Shown here: in pieces, positions 48,508 to 63,203 of the stretch | Layout of the letters: each line of letters begins with the position of its first letter | Numbering within the stretch: position 1 is the first letter of the stretch | DNA from: Fimicolochytrium jonesii | Lineage: Eukaryota | DNA: 64,000 bases | Direction of reading: 5' to 3' | Assembly (NCBI RefSeq): GCF_025526975.1 | Contig: NW_026515703.1 | Location: 1-64,000, forward strand | Notes under the pieces: model-generated | Databases searched by the model: none | What the model saw: only the letters and a program-made list of their open reading frames with translations | Told to the model about the DNA's origin: nothing | Translations under genes and position numbers: made by a program

Positions 48508-51500
48508 TCAATCCTCCTCGTTAACCTCGAACAACAGCTCTGTGGACGGCGGCATGCGTGTCTTCTTGATTTCCTTCGTCGGCTTGTCTTTCGATGGCAA
48601 ACCACTCTGTGATTTCTCCTTCCCAACCTCCTTTTCCTTCTCCTTTTCTTTCTGTTTCTCCTTCGTGGTATCCTTCTCCTTGTCGCTACCGTCTTTCCGG
48701 CTTCCAAAAATGCCTCTCCCAGGAAATTTGTTATGCCGGGCAGGTGGAGCTTGCAAAGTAGCATTACCATGTTCGTCTGAAGCCGTGCTCGGTTTCCGCT
48801 TGACGAAGAGCTTCTCTCTAACTAGCGCTCCGGTGTTTGCCAGGACCGCCCGGAGTGCCTCTGTGGGGGTTCGAAAGTATTCCTTCAGAACACTTTCGCT
48901 AATTCTGTTCCGAATGACCAAAACGCACCTTTCTTTACAGCGTCCAAGAAGTCAAGCCACGTCCAAGTCTTGTTGCGAAACTCGAGCGTTGGCATTTTGA
49001 ACGCGAACATGTACAAATCCTCAATGTTTTTCTCTTTCGACCCCTGATGATAATGGCAAAGTAAGAACTTCGGCCCCATTTGTCATCACCAGAACGAACC
49101 GGAATGAACGCGGATGAGGTGCTTACCCGATAACTCAAACAATGATTGGCTCCGGGCATCTTGATGTAGATGAACGATCGATTTTCCGAGGCTCTGGCTT
49201 GCATTTGTTTGAGTTCATTCACTCGCGTCTCCTTTCGTCGCAATTTCGGAGACGACGACGCCTCCTCCTTGGTCTCGCTTTTACTGCTGAGGGTTCTCCC
49301 GTGACTGTATGAGAAAGTCCCGCTCTTAAACCGTCGCTTTCTCTCAGTCTGGGGAGACATATCGGGCTCCGATGGTGAACTCGGTCGAAGCTTGTCATCA
49401 ACCACAGCTACATTATCGGCGCTCGTGGAGGAAACTCTTCGCAAACTGAGGTCTGAAACGGAAGAACGAGAGCTTCTGTTCGCGATTTGATCCGCAGATT
49501 CGGAGCGGGGGAATCTTCGGTTCTGCTTATCGTCACTGGTATTATGCAACTGCTGAGCATGGGTTTTCGCGGCGGCCTTGGCTTTCTTCTCCGGAAAGAG
49601 ATAAAACACAATCTCCTTCGCCATATCGTAAGTTACTTGGATGAGAAGGGGATATATGTTGACTTCGAAGTGATCGACCACTTTGATGCCAGCAACAGGT
49701 GCCATCTGACGCCAGTATACGCGAATCATCTTGTGCCGGGTGAAGTCCACATCAGTCATGTCGGGCGAATAAGGCGCAATGACCTCCTTGAAGGAGTTCA
49801 TAGCCGACATATGGTTCTCCAGATGAAGCTTGTCGATATGAAGCGTGTTGACGTCCGTCTGATCCTCGTGATGGACCCCACCAAACTGCGCTTTATCAAG
49901 CGTCCATTCACAGAGGGGCGTTTGCTCGTCAGTCAGCATACACCAGACCATCTTGCCCATCTTGATCAAGATTTCAGAAGAGATCGCCGCTGATTTCTTC
50001 TTCTGTTCTAGCGATTGCGTTGCTTTGATGGCATCGACGACAATGATCAACTCATCCTGGCACTGCAGCAAATGACGAAGAATCTCCGCATTCCGATGGG
50101 AAGAGGCTCCGACTGTCAACCCACTGTTGTCCATATCGGTGTGCAGCATAGCTTCCGTCTGCCTGATCTTCTGCTGAAGTAGCAAGACCGTCTCTTGCAC
50201 TTTCCGCAAATCCTCCATCTGCTCCAAGATGAGTAGCATCTTGGTCATCTTCTCCACCTGTTCGCCTCGTCCTGGGTCTCGATACACCAGAAGGTTCTCG
50301 ATAACGTCATATATGACCATATATTGCATAGCGGTGGCGGTTATGAAGAATGTCGGGATGTTGATCTGCAGGGTGTGCTTTGTCTCCGGCTGGGTGCTCG
50401 CTACATCGCCTTTCAAGTACAAAGGATTAGGGACGTCGCGATGAAGACTCGCAGAAACGCGTTCGACCACCCGCTCGAGGAATCCCGGATGCGATGAGTG
50501 ATCTGCAATGCATTCTATTGGGACCCAAATGGGCCAGGCAGCCGCCGTCGGGGTATCTGATTTGTCCCAAGGTTGATGCATGGCAATATTGTCCAAATCG
50601 AATTCAGGGGCGACTTCAATGTCGGTCTTGCGAGCAACGAAAAGTTGGGCGTCATAAATATTCACCACCATTCGGGATTTGACGATCTCTTCATTCCTAT
50701 CGCTGTTCTCATCGGCGGTCGATGAAGTACTGGCTTGGGCGTCCAGAATGCGGATCGAACGCAGTTGCATGCTTTCCGCGGCAAGCACGACTGATTCGAG
50801 ATGTGACGGATTGTCCTTTGATTCAGCTTCAAGGTTGACTTGTGGGTACACGAGCTGCATCATAAAATTGCTTTCATACGTTTGCGAGTCGGAGATGTAG
50901 TCCGGCGATTCAATGTCCCTCGAGGGAAAGTACACTTTGCGATTGTTGAAGGCAAGCGCAGCCCCTCGATTGTTGGACTCTGCCGCATCGTCATCCTGCT
51001 CCACTTCTGTTTCATTGGAGACAAAGAACGCCGTATCCATCTCGTCCACAAGTTTGTTGAGCAAACGATGTGCTGCATTTGCGTCGAGCTCGGCGAAAAC
51101 CATGCTTGATTTTGGAGCTGGTGCTGTCTTTGCCGTATCTGCCAGAACATCATGAGCAGTCTCCGGCGCATCGGTACGATTTCTCCGCTCCGCAAAGGAC
51201 GTAACAAGTTGCGCCATCAATTTCGTTGCCGTATGGGACAGACAGAACTTGATCGCCATGGCCTTTTGCTGCAACGAAACCATTTGGAACAAAATGTTGC
51301 GCACATCTTTCTTCCAAATCAAGTTGAGATTGTGGACCACAAAGTGATGTTGGAAAACAGCCGCCGCGGGAAGCTTGCGCTCGGCTCTGCCCGCCGCTTT
51401 GTCGCCCACATTGTCGCATTCCAGTTTCTGCTGACACGAGCGAATATAACGCTCAATCACGACCTTTTTCTCGTGCAGTATGGCCATTTTCTCAACAATG

Positions 51501-54500
51501 ATCTGCGACTGCTGCCGCAACGAGTCGTCAAAGAAGACAGCCATACGGTATTCCAGACCACGCTGCATTTCGAGATAATGACGAATCGCCGCTTCAATCT
51601 CCCGCAGTCGGCTCTTGAACAGATGCTTCTGCACCTCGAAAATATCCTTCTTAGACCGTGTGCTATCCTGCGCGCCGGATACCTTCGTGTCGTTCGATTT
51701 AGTGTAGATGATTTTGGGCGTCCAAGCAAACGGAACGAGGTTCAAAGTCGGTCTCTTTTTTCGAAGCGCGTCGCGTGGAAAGATCCAGTCCTTATCATCA
51801 CTGGCCCCTGGCTGATCGAGCTCGTCCACTGATAGAGGCTTTTCCAACGTGGCAGGACGTGCTTCGCTGAAGTCCCCAAATGCTAAAGCCCTAGCTTCCA
51901 CATCTGTCAATTCGAGCTCAGAGTCGCGCAAAATCCATTTGCTCGTGGGTTTCCGCTTGAGAAGCTCCTCTTTGGGCCGTCGCTGCTGAATCACCCTCTG
52001 CAATAATGTCATATCCATGACGACTTGCGCGGCGCGACACCTCAGCCCCACGCCGAGGCTCTTATCCTGCGCCTCGGCAACGAAGCCGAGCAGTAAGGGA
52101 TGTAGCGACGTTTGAATCCTGATGGAGCCGATTGTGCGACCCAGTTTTTGCTTTGAAGGGCCTGGGCCGTCCTCCTGGAATAGCTTCCCCTTCCGTACCG
52201 GTAAGCTTGTCAGAACTGACTGATAAACTTGCAGGAAGGTGAAAAAACGAGACATGGTGTTTAGAGTGAGATGGACCGAGTTGGAAGGCTCGGAGAGGCC
52301 GGCGTAGAATGGTTTGGGCGACTCTAAGCGGACGGTAATGTTGATGCTGCTGGACCGGAATCCTCGGAAAGAGTCCCACTATAGCCAGAGACGGTTATCA
52401 AACTCTCTTCGTCCCAAGTCGTACATGTAGAGAAACGCACCTTTCGCAATTGATCCGAGTCGATGTATTCCGGAGCTCTCAAACAAATGTCCGCATGGCT
52501 CTTTACTAAACCACTCGCAGGATCTCTCCTATTCCTTTCCGTGACAAAGCCAAACCCGAACACCAGTCGAACCCCGCCCCTCATCCTCGCAACAGTGTCC
52601 TCCTCCTTTGCCCGATGATGATGCCCTGCGCGCGCATTGAAAGGGAGCGCAAAGCCCAATTCGCCGCATTCGATCGTCACGTCCTCGCCCGGAATTTGAC
52701 TGCCGTTGACCTCGATTCGAACCCCGTCTCGCATCGAGACCTGCATGCCTTCGGTGCCAAAATGCTTGTGGCCATCGAAGTACGGAGAAGTGGAGCCGAG
52801 GACACGGAAGCTGATGTCACCGCCCCCCGTGATGATCAAGGTGTGCGTGCCGTGCATAATCAGTCGGAGCTTATCCCACCAACCTAGCGGTTGGCTAGGA
52901 TCCACGTTTGGCTTGGTGAACGTGTCGAATACGCTAATCATATCGGATATACCAGGTTCTAACGACGCTCCCCACGCTGCATGTATCGTAGACGACGTGG
53001 TAATGGTAGTTGTCAAGGAGCTGTACATTTTGTTCGGGTTAACAGTTCGTGCAACGACAACCTCCTCTCCCGTGGGTAGGCCGACCGGTATCACGACTGT
53101 GCGGTTTGCTTCGGCGGCGGAGACCTGCTCTGCGAAGATGACCAGCCCCTTCGTTTCCAGCTTTACACTCCCGTCTGCCGGTAAGCACACGAGAGGCGCC
53201 GAGTAGTCTCTAATCTGCATCTTCAGGGAGTGCATGCTGATGGTCACGTTCCGGGGAATCTGCTCGTCGTACAGAGCGTTTGCTGGCGTTGCGGGATCAA
53301 TAATATGCAGCGTCTGCTCGATCGAGTTCGCTAACAAAACAGGTGGATCTATAGCTACTTGTATGTTGGTGATGGTGGTGTGCATAAGCGGCGGGGGCCC
53401 TTCAGTTTCCTTATGGGCTTTCCGCAAACGGTCGATCCACGCCCTAGCATTGAACTCCTGCAAGAGCCCCCAGGCGTTCTCGACCGCAGTTGATTGCTTA
53501 TGCTCGTCATGCACAGAACCTCGTCTCCTTTCATCAACCGAGCGCAAAGCCGCGGCTTTAGTCTGAAAGGCCTTGTCGCGGGCTATACGTCCTTCCTGCT
53601 CTTCGAACCCCAATAAGTAGTTCCGTGACAGTGCGGATTCGAATGGGTCATCTGCGAAGCGTATACAGAGCGTGGAGATTTGCACCCTGATGATGGGTAT
53701 CGTGTCGTAGATTGGTATCGAATGGCCTGTCGTGCTTGGTGTTTTCAGCCGAAGCCCGAGCTCTGCGGCACAAAGCCGTTTGATGGCCTTCTGCATACTG
53801 ATGGCATTCTCAATCACCTTGGCCATTTTGAAGCCATATGGTACTCGTACTTCTGCAGACATGACCTCAGCTTCGACTTTCGTGGCCGACGTGCCGGGAG
53901 GTTTGCGGCACTCAACAGTCAATTCGGTGACTTGTGTCAAGCGTTCGTATATGAGCTGCTCTTCGTCTGTAAGGACATCGACGGTGGCCAGTTGTGTTTG
54001 CGCTCGCACAAGGAGTCCTTCGCCGGTGTCGATGAATATTGGTTGTATGCCTACACGCAGGTGGACATGGCCCGGCAGCGTGATGTCGACCAGCAAGCTT
54101 TGGACTTCCACATGAACGACCGGCGATTTTGTTCCGATTTCTTTTCCTTTGTTCTTCTCAGTTTTTTCGATATCCAGCAGTTTCACGAGCTTCCAGCAGT
54201 ATATCGACGCCATCAAGGTAACGTAGAACATCCGCAAACTGAAGCAAACTACGACCTCATCCAAGCGCAACGTGAGCTCGTTTCGGTCCGTCGCGCCAAA
54301 CTCGCGCACATGGAGCATTTCAATCCGACGAATCCGGAGGGAAGATTCCGTGTCAAGTCCATTTGACATGGCCTCCTGCTTGGCAAAGTACGGCTCCTCC
54401 GTAGAATAGAATGTCCCAGTAGTGTGAACACCGATATCCTGCGCTTCGAGACGCGCAGAGAGCTGGCGCGATCCGCCCTCTGCAGATAACAGCTCCTTCG

Positions 54501-56769
54501 GTCGTCCGGTAAGCTGGAGGAGCACGCTTTTAGTTTCGAGCAGTATCGCCTTCCGCAAATCTTCGCCCACCAGGAGAATCGATATTGGCGAGCATGCGAC
54601 TTGTAACGTGCTCACGAAGGGGAAGCTTATGAATTTCGCCGCAACCGGCGCCTGCGGCTTCTTTGTGAATTCTCGCAATCTCACGACAGCCGCCCCGACT
54701 TTGGCCATGAAGGTGAAGTAGTCAATGTGGTCGGTTCGCGGCAGCAGTGAAAAATCGGCGAAAGCGGAGCCGAAATGACATTCGACGTTGATATGGCCCA
54801 TGTTCGACACGTCGCTACCTTTGTCCGCTGTTGGCCGAACGTGACTGTTGATTGCTACGTTTTCCAAGCTGAATAGCAAATCCCGCCTTTCGGGTAGTTC
54901 GTCTCGGATGATATCCAATGGTCCGCGAGCGCCAATAACCTCCAGATTCTGCACTTCTGCTAGAACCTCCACCGTCCATGGATCGTCGGCTCCATGAAAT
55001 GATGCCTTATTGCCTAACGCTCCCTGCGGGGTTTGGGAAGCAACTTTGGCCTGCAGTGCGAGGGTTTCGGCAGAGACTGCAAAGATATCGGCGTCTTGGG
55101 TTGTATCACACCCATCATATCCCACGACATGTGCCATGACTGTCGGGCTAATGATTTGCACACTCAGCCGCGACGATAAAAGACCGAACAGTATCTTTGC
55201 CATGTGGAATCGTGCCTGCCACGTCGTACTGCCCTGCGGTGTCTCATGGCCTCGTTCTGTACTCTGCGTTTTGTGAGAGCGGATCTCGCCAAACATGACC
55301 ACCAGCTGGTCTGTAACGCTGAGTCGCGGGGTGTGCACATCGAGATTGACGCGTACATCAACTCCAGAGCCCTCCTTTTGTCGCTTGTGCCCCTTCTTAT
55401 GCACGGTAACCTCAACATCGAGAAAGGTCCGCGGCACGAGAAAGATTTGATATGCGCTATACTCAAAGTGCGGAATCCGGCACAGGTCAACGTGGAATTC
55501 GCCAATCACCACGCTAAAACCAAGAGAAGTTCGGCCATCTTCTTTATCTGCTGCTTGACTTTGAAATGTCATTTCGTCGACGTTGAACATCACAGCCGGA
55601 CAAGAGGCATCCAGGGCGCACCCCGAATTGAGGGAAGGGTCGAAAGTGACCGATGTGTTGAAGAAGGATACACGGACCGTCGGTTTCAAGTCAATGATAG
55701 ATTCCAGCTGCCGCCGTAGGTGGTCTATTTCATCCCGGAACCTGTCCACCAGGAAAATCATTGCCATCTGTCGGCTCGCCTTCTCCATCTGAGCTTTGGC
55801 CACGTAAATATCTTCCACGATAGGATCATCCGTCGGCGAAGCAGGCGAACGGCTGTCAGCTTCACGGCTTTGCGGTTCATCGGTTGCACTCCTGGAGCGT
55901 GGCAGACCCTTTCCAAGAATAGTACTGAATGCCTGCATCAAGTCGTTGACGGCCAGCGACAAGCCCGTGATGCTCAAATCGAGGCTCGGTTGTTCGACCC
56001 TCCCCAAAACAGAGATGCGCGACGCAAGCGTGATCGGGCCGATGCTTTCCACTGTGAGGATCCGTGGATCTTCAGATGGGCTCATCGGAGCCACCACCTC
56101 TATCGGATCTAAGGTGATGATTGCGCGAACGTTCGGCCCTTTGACCGATTTGGTCGACGCTTCTAGCCTCTCAGATCTCACGCTAGAATGCAGCATCACT
56201 CCAATGTGCTTCTCGTTCAACTGCAAGACCTTCTGACCAGCAGGGTCTTGGAATATGACCTGAAGGTCATCCACCTGGACGTCGAAGAAGCGGAAGAAGA
56301 CCTTCATGAAGTTGTTGCGCGCCAGATTGCTCATGGACGTCAACGTTCGCTTGACATCTATCGCTTTGTGAGGTGTTGTGTTCTTCACCACGCCTCTCGC
56401 GAGCGGGGTAGCCTCTCTCCCTTGGAACACAATGGTAGGTTTGGTAATGCGGAGGCTCACTCGAGATGGTCGTTCCGGGGTGGGACGATGAAAATCCAAC
56501 CATACGGCCTCGAAACTAAGTCGCGACAGCATTAGGGCCGCCGGCTTCTTTCCCCAGGCATGCCTTATCCCTCGCCACCTCTCCTCTGCCGCCGACGGGA
56601 GTCTCCGCACATAGTTGAAGCCAGTTATAGAAAATAGGCCCAACCGCTGTATTCCCAGTCCAAATCTGTAGCTGACAAGACGCAGGACGACATTCCAGAA
56701 AATCCATAAGGAAACGACAAAAACGACACCTTTGCCAAGGGTTCGCAAAACTTCGTCTGAGAGCGACAT
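48508..56769 (-). CDS. FMP27: Hobbit/Fmp27/BLTP2 (KIAA0100) bridge-like lipid transfer protein
   Basis: ~2,600 aa in two very long ORFs plus short 3' exons. N-terminal TM anchor, PLGWWDKLRLIMHG motif, and Apt1-like region (HFEVNIYPLLIQVT, MQARASEN, PTLEFRNKTWTWLD). Confidence 0.92.
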
Positions 56770-58704
56770 CCTTGCCAAAAAGAAACGGCGGTCTGCGACC
56801 GCAAAGGAGCGAATATGCAGTCCTAGGTTCGGGCCGAGTTGTATGAGCGAGAGTTGATCTCCGCTACTAGCTGCAAGGACCCCTCACTGGCGGCGGGCAG
56901 CGACTCCAGCGAGACGCGTGGGACTTTAAAAGTTTCTGCGAAAGGCCTGGCCTTTTTTTCGTGCTCAATGACAGAGGAGGTAGCAACGAACATTTCCGTT
57001 TAGACTTGCAACTTTGTTCTGGTAGCTCCCAGTGGGCTGTGGCGTGCTTATGTAGGACTGCTGGAACCGATTGTGAGGCTGCATGCGACCTGGAATACGG
57101 CGGATATAGCGGAATACGGCGGATATAGCCGATCACACGTCATCAGAAGAGACTTCAGATGGAGGCTTGGAGGAAGGAAGTGAAGATGTACAGTATAAAC
57201 CCGACTAAAGACACGTGATCCTTAACTGTAGCCCTCGCATCAATTCAAACCGGGTTCTCCCGCTGTGAACAACCCTTGCAATTCTCACCTTGCGCCAAAC
57301 TCCGTTCCCGAACATCAACCGCTTTAAACACCCACCCGCATATAGCAAGGATGCTCTCCAAGGTGATCTACAACAGTAAGTATCAAGAGCATGCCTCGGT
57401 GGATATCATAATGGATGCCAGGATTTTGTCCTTGGACGGCGAATTCGTGCGTGCGAGGGCACAAGGAAGCAGCTCAATGCCGGTGATGCGTCGGCAGGAA
57501 AGCTTTCCCACGTCATTTGGTTTGCCAAGTGCTCGCGGATCTGTCTCTTATGTACCTCCCAACCCACAGCTTTCTTCCGCAAGTCGTCGGTCTACATGGC
57601 TGGAATCTTCGCCTCGGCTTTCGCTTTCGAAATTGCATTCGACGAGTCGTCAGACCTGATTTGGGACAGGCTTAACAAGGGGGTGAGTGTCGATGCGGCA
57701 AGACGGATAGGCAGTTACGGGTCGATATCGATATGGAAACGGGAGAGTGGGAGCTGAAGGCAGGAAATGACTTATTACGACTTACTGGGGGCTGCGATAC
57801 TGTTGCTCGGGAAATCATGGATGATGGACGTGGAAGAGAGATCGCAGCGATGTTGGACGAAGTTTAGGCTTTCGGAAAGTCCGATCTCAACACTCCGTCA
57901 AAACCTGGTCCGTCCCTAACATTGCCTCTTTCTTGTTTTTCAGCGTCAATGGAAGGACATCCGTGGATCCATCGCCGCCGGCAGCAGCGAATAAACACAA
58001 ACCCCACCACACCGGACTTCCTCTGCAACCCCGCCACGACCGTGTATACCGCTTTTTAGAATAAAATCGAAAAAAAAGGATAAAAAGAAAAACGCTCCTG
58101 AGGCTGCCTCCTTCGGTCCGAAAAGTGTTATTAGACGGGGATGATCCAGTGTGGAGATGTAGGGTGTTTTTGCACTTCGAACCGGTGATGAATGCAAACC
58201 CGCTATGGGGAAAATGGCCATCTCATCGTGAGAGACGATAGTGCGAGAATATGGGAAAGCATCGTAGGCCGCGTTGCGGGACAAATGCAGGGTACATCAG
58301 ATGGTCAGCGAAACCCAAGGATCCTTATCGCAATATGAAGATCGTTGATGGAACCTGGCAAAGAGTCGCCGTGCCAGTTTGGGAATCAGAGCATCAGATG
58401 CGCATATCTTGGCCAACTGCTTCATTGTCCAGCCATGTCAAACCTACATCAGATGAAAAGACCTTTGAAGGGAATATCCTTCCTTCTCGGGCATTCCAAA
58501 GGACATGGTTCCTCCCATTGCTCTTTACGCTCCCGCCTGCAATGTCCCCCAGCATCCTCCAATCACCAAGTGATAAGTCTGCCCCTCAGACCAAATTGAT
58601 GGCGCAATTCGGCTATCGACCTAATCTGTTCTTCCAGCAACAGGTGAGAACTCGCAATATTATGTGAAGATGAGTTCAGTATTGGATATCTAGCCACAGT
58701 ACAT

Positions 58705-59420
58705 TTATGCAGTGCTGTGGTTACGCTTCTTTAGGGCGGCGGGGATGGTGGTAAGGGTGTCAAAGTATTCCTTAGTGGCAATCTCGTTCTCGACTTGCTT
58801 GATCAAGGGCGTCAAGTATGGAACGTCCTAGGTAGGGATAAGATTGTCAGAGCCTGTTACATGCTTTCCAAATCTCCATCTTCCATGGTACTGTCGATTC
58901 CTTACCTGAGCAGCCGTTGTCCACTCGTTCGCCTCCAACTGCGCGTGCTGAGCACTGAGGTTGATTGCCCTCCTGTGACGGAAAATACGGTCTGCAGCGG
59001 TCGGAAAAGGAAATGGATCAGACCCATCGCCTGGGAACTCCGCTCCACCTAGCGGCCAGGTGATACTAAACGCCGATCCATACCGTAGTGCTCCTTGGGC
59101 GGAAGACGGCTGAGGGCGGTTTGCACAAGGTCGTTCTCCTCAGGAATCAGGTCGTCGTACCGCAGGCCTGGAATCGGCGGAAAACGGGAACAATGTCTCA
59201 GTACCAATCTTCCTTCGCTATCCTCCTCGGAGCTCCCAGACTTCCCCCGATTAGAGGATTGTAAGCTCATATTGAAGTGCTTTTCCTCCGCCCCGATGTT
59301 GTTTGTTATCAACGCACCCATCTTCCTGTAGCCCATAAGGTTGTGATGCCACTCCGAGAGGTTTTTCACCACCTCCGTGCTACGGAGGGAGCGCAGCGAT
59401 TGCAGAAGAGCTTGTGCCAT
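58705..59420 (-). CDS. QCR7: Cytochrome b-c1 complex subunit 7
   Basis: GYRKMG|LRYDDLIPEE...ALSRLP, DRIFRHRRAINLS and DVPYLTPLI across four exons. Confidence 0.93.
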
Positions 59421-59995
59421 TTTGTCTAAAAGATGTCGGTCGTTCAAAAGAGTGCGTTGAAGTTGAAGGTTCGTCGAGAATGTTCGGTTGCGGAAGGAGG
59501 ACGTTCGAAATGGGTTTCGGGTGAATGCGGAGAATCAGAAAGGGTGGTGGTTTTGAAAGAAGAGCGAGGGTGCTGGATAAGACTTTGTACTTGAAGAAAT
59601 ATAGGCCTTGCCAAGTACTATTATGCCCACGGACACATACCTGTGTTTGGAGATCGGAAAGGAAGTGCTCTCACAACAATGGTCGCAATCCGAATGCAGC
59701 CGAGGGTGGGCTGGCCATTTCGAGGTCGACAACACCTATACGCGCCGTCGGGTTTGAAGATCACGTGGGAATGGACTCGGAATTTATTCTTCAAACGAGA
59801 GGATCAACACATTTTGAGAGAACTATCGAAAAAATAAGATACGTACAAATACATAAAGGGATGCAAAAAAGATAACGAGTGCAGATGAGGGTGCGATCTA
59901 GAGGAGAGTGTGTCGCACTTGCGGACGCCCTAGTGGCATCACCGCGACATCCTACTTACGGATGCATTTGTGAGGTAACAGCTAGCTATGTCCTT

Positions 59996-61214
59996 CTATT
60001 CTGATGCCTTGGCCTTCTTCTGCCGGCGGTACACACCGATAACCAGTGCATGATCACGTTCATATGGCTCAAGTGTAAGCTGTTCTTGTGCCTTAACCCT
60101 CTCCTCCTCGAGCTTCTTAACCTCCTTTGCGAAAACGATGTCGGCAGCAACCGTTGAGTCAATGCAGTTTGCCTAGAACGAGGATGCAGAACAGTAAGTA
60201 TTTGAGGGAGGGAAGACGTGGTTTCAATAATTCCTCACCTTGACGGAAATGACAACGTGTCCACCGTTCTTTAAGAACATGTGTGCGTTCATGGTGACAA
60301 TACGGGCCTGATCTGGTTGAGCGACGTCGGCAAAGATGACATCGACCATACCGACCAGCATGCGGTACTTGTGTGGGTGACGGGCATCCTCAACAATAGG
60401 AATAACGTTGGTGCGCTTCTTGGCCATGTTGATAAGATCACGTCCTGGCCTGTGCGAGAATTCGACGGCGTATACGAGACCGGTGGGACCGACGATATCG
60501 GCAACGTGGGATACTGATGTTCCGCTGGCAGCTCCGAGGTAAAGGACCTTCTTTCCGGGGCCAATGTGAATGTTGTCTACTCCTCCAAGAACACCGGCGG
60601 CCAACTTCGATCGGAAAGGGTTCCACACACGGTATTCGATTTTCGTCCCATCAGCGCCCTATATTTTGTCGAAAGTTGGTGAACACCCCAATTCGGACTT
60701 TCTTCCCGATTTGAGCGAGTTACACTTACGTCGACGCTGATACGCTTCTCTCCGTAAACAGCTTCACCAGGTACAAGGTTCTTGGTGACCAACATGTCCT
60801 CCTTGCCTCGTGCAATGAAGATTCCTTCGTGACGATGGGGTTCGACGACGACCTTGGCTCCTCCCCTGGCTCCACCGCGAGCTCCACCACGGCCTCCACC
60901 GCGAGGTGCGCCACGGCCACGACCACCGGGGGCACCACGGCCTCCGCCTCGGCCTCCGAAACCCCCTCCACGACCTCCTCCGCGGCCACCGCGGTCACCT
61001 CCTCCGAATTTGGAAACGGCACCACCACGGGCACCGAAACCTCCACGACCACCACCACGAGGAGCTCCACCGCGAGCTCCGCCACGGCCACCGCCGAAAC
61101 CTCCACGACCACCACCTCGGTCACCTGCAAATTGCATACCCTAGCGTTAGCGAAACAAAACCCTCTGACTTCTGATCTGTGTGCGCAGAGCAGGGGGTAC
61201 ATACCGAAGCCCAT
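59996..61214 (-). CDS. NOP1: Fibrillarin (rRNA 2'-O-methyltransferase)
   Basis: GAR domain, [27 protein letters not shown] and FADVAQPDQ motifs. Confidence 0.98.
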
Positions 61215-61492
61215 TCTGTGTGTTTGTTGTAAGACTGATGTAAGAGGAGTTGAGAGCTGCGTTATGCGTGCAGGTCTCTTGCTCGTTTTCGAGGGTGGGT
61301 GTAGAAAAAGGGCCAGTGCGAGGAATGAGGATTTGTTTGTTTTGCAAGGAAGGGTCCTTTTTCGATGGGCAGGTGGCGCTTACGAGGCGCTTAGTCAGCA
61401 TCCATCATACCCCGCGACTTCACATTTTGGACTTTGAACTTCGATGCTCTTGAAGACTTCAGACTTCGGCTTTAACAAGCAACAACGCAACA

Positions 61493-63203
61493 ATGTCGCA
61501 ACCAACAAAGAAGCGGAAAGTCGCAGCAACGGCCGTCGTCGGCCCCGCCGTCTTGGACGAGACGGCAAACGTGCCTGCCCTTGGTAAGACTGTGTTTTAT
61601 GAGATAGAATCCTCGGTGTCGGCAACTGATCAGAAGCATGTTCGTATACAGTGTCCTTCCCAGACTATCCTACTGATCCAAAATCTGTGAAGTTCCAATC
61701 ATTCGTTGCTGGTCAACCGGAGGCAGGCCGAAAGAGAAGACGTATTATTGTGGGAGAAAACCAAAAGTTGGAATATGTGGGAAGCAATACAGCTGGCAAA
61801 GCATACTGCCGGTATGCAATGACAAGCGTGCATTAAATGCAAGCTGACTGTGGGCTGACGAAGGATGCGTCTTTTAGCTATATCGTTGGGGTATTCGACA
61901 AGAACACGAAAAAGTTGACCCTTAAAGAGGCAGACGTCTTCCACCTCTCGACAACAGTAAAGACGTTGAAGCGCCATGAATCGAAGCACATTGGCGAGAA
62001 GAATTGGATAGCGAGGAATGCTTTGGGAGAGGCTTTTGGAACGAAGAAGCGGAAGCAGGCTATCAGGGCTTTGGAGAAGAATCAAGTGGACGTTGGTGGT
62101 TTGTCGAGCGTCGCGGATGTGATCAAAACTGCGATCGATGAGAAGACCGCATCTATGCCCACACGCGGTAATGAATAAAGTGATTTTGGGTCCTTGCTCG
62201 GCTGGAAGGAGGACTGATTGGGTCGTGTGAACAGAGGAAATGCGAGAAGCAGCGAAACAGGACCGAGGAATACCGCCTTACGACCCTGATGTACGTGTAC
62301 TGAGAGGAAGAGCAGAGTGCGAGTTGCCAGCTCATGATCTGATTCTGATATGCAACATATAGGCAAAAACGCCGGCGGAAGTGTACGATATCAACCAACT
62401 ATGCAGTCCCGGAGAGCTCAAAGCTCTCACTTGGAAGCCAATTTGGAAAGCAGCGAGCTTCGACGAAGCCAAGCAGCTTTTGGCCCCTATTAGGTTTGCA
62501 TTGTCGGTGTAATTACTCTCTAAGTCATAGCCATCGTTTTGACGGATGTCCTTGCTGTTTCCAGTCCGACTTCCTGGGTATTGGAGCGCATCCATACTCT
62601 GCTCCAAGTGAAAACCGACATCGTCAAGTTTCAAAGGGTGGGTGCCAACACAGATGCGGCACAGAGTTCCTGTCTCACTATGCTGCCGAAACCTTGACCA
62701 TTACGCTAATCCTGCACCCTCCTCACCACAGCTTCTCTACCTGGCATACATGATGAAATTCTACACCCTGAAAGACAAAGCCCTCAACAGTAAATCCGTA
62801 GCTGCAAACATCGGCAATGCACCCCAGATAGTTGCCGACACCTTCATGCAGCGCTTCACCGAGTACCAGTCGGACGAGGGCCGCACAAAGTACAGGATAT
62901 CCCCGAAACTGAAGGACACTCTGTTAGCGTTCATCATTGCCCTGGCACTGAGCTTGAATGATTTCAAGTTGGATTTGAGCCATTTGGCGGGGGATATGGG
63001 CATTGGCCTTACAAGGTGAGCCCGCTTGCTGGTGATTCCGGGGTTGAGGGTGATTGGGCGCTGATATGGGAATCGTACGCAGAATGAACAAGGTCGCGCG
63101 CGAGCTCGGATGTCGATCGGAGCTCAAGAAAGACGAGACATCACAACAGCGAAGATGGGTCTCACTGGTGGTGCCCCTCAGTTTCCCAACGAAGTCACGA
63201 TAA
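61493..63203 (+). CDS. RPA49: RNA polymerase I subunit Rpa49 (POLR1E), multi-exon
   Basis: YIVGVFDK, ARNALGEAFGTKKRKQAI, and C-terminal LAFIIALALSL...ARELGC motifs. Confidence 0.88.

Noticed and set aside
57276..58667. ORFs between FMP27 and QCR7, including a TYYDLLG J-domain-like word
   Set aside because: No HPD motif or continuous frame, and no recognisable family.
59168..59318. snoRNA in the longer QCR7 intron
   Set aside because: No clear C/D or H/ACA box arrangement.
60829..61437. Thr/Pro/His-rich plus-strand ORFs
   Set aside because: Antisense shadows of the fibrillarin GAR domain.
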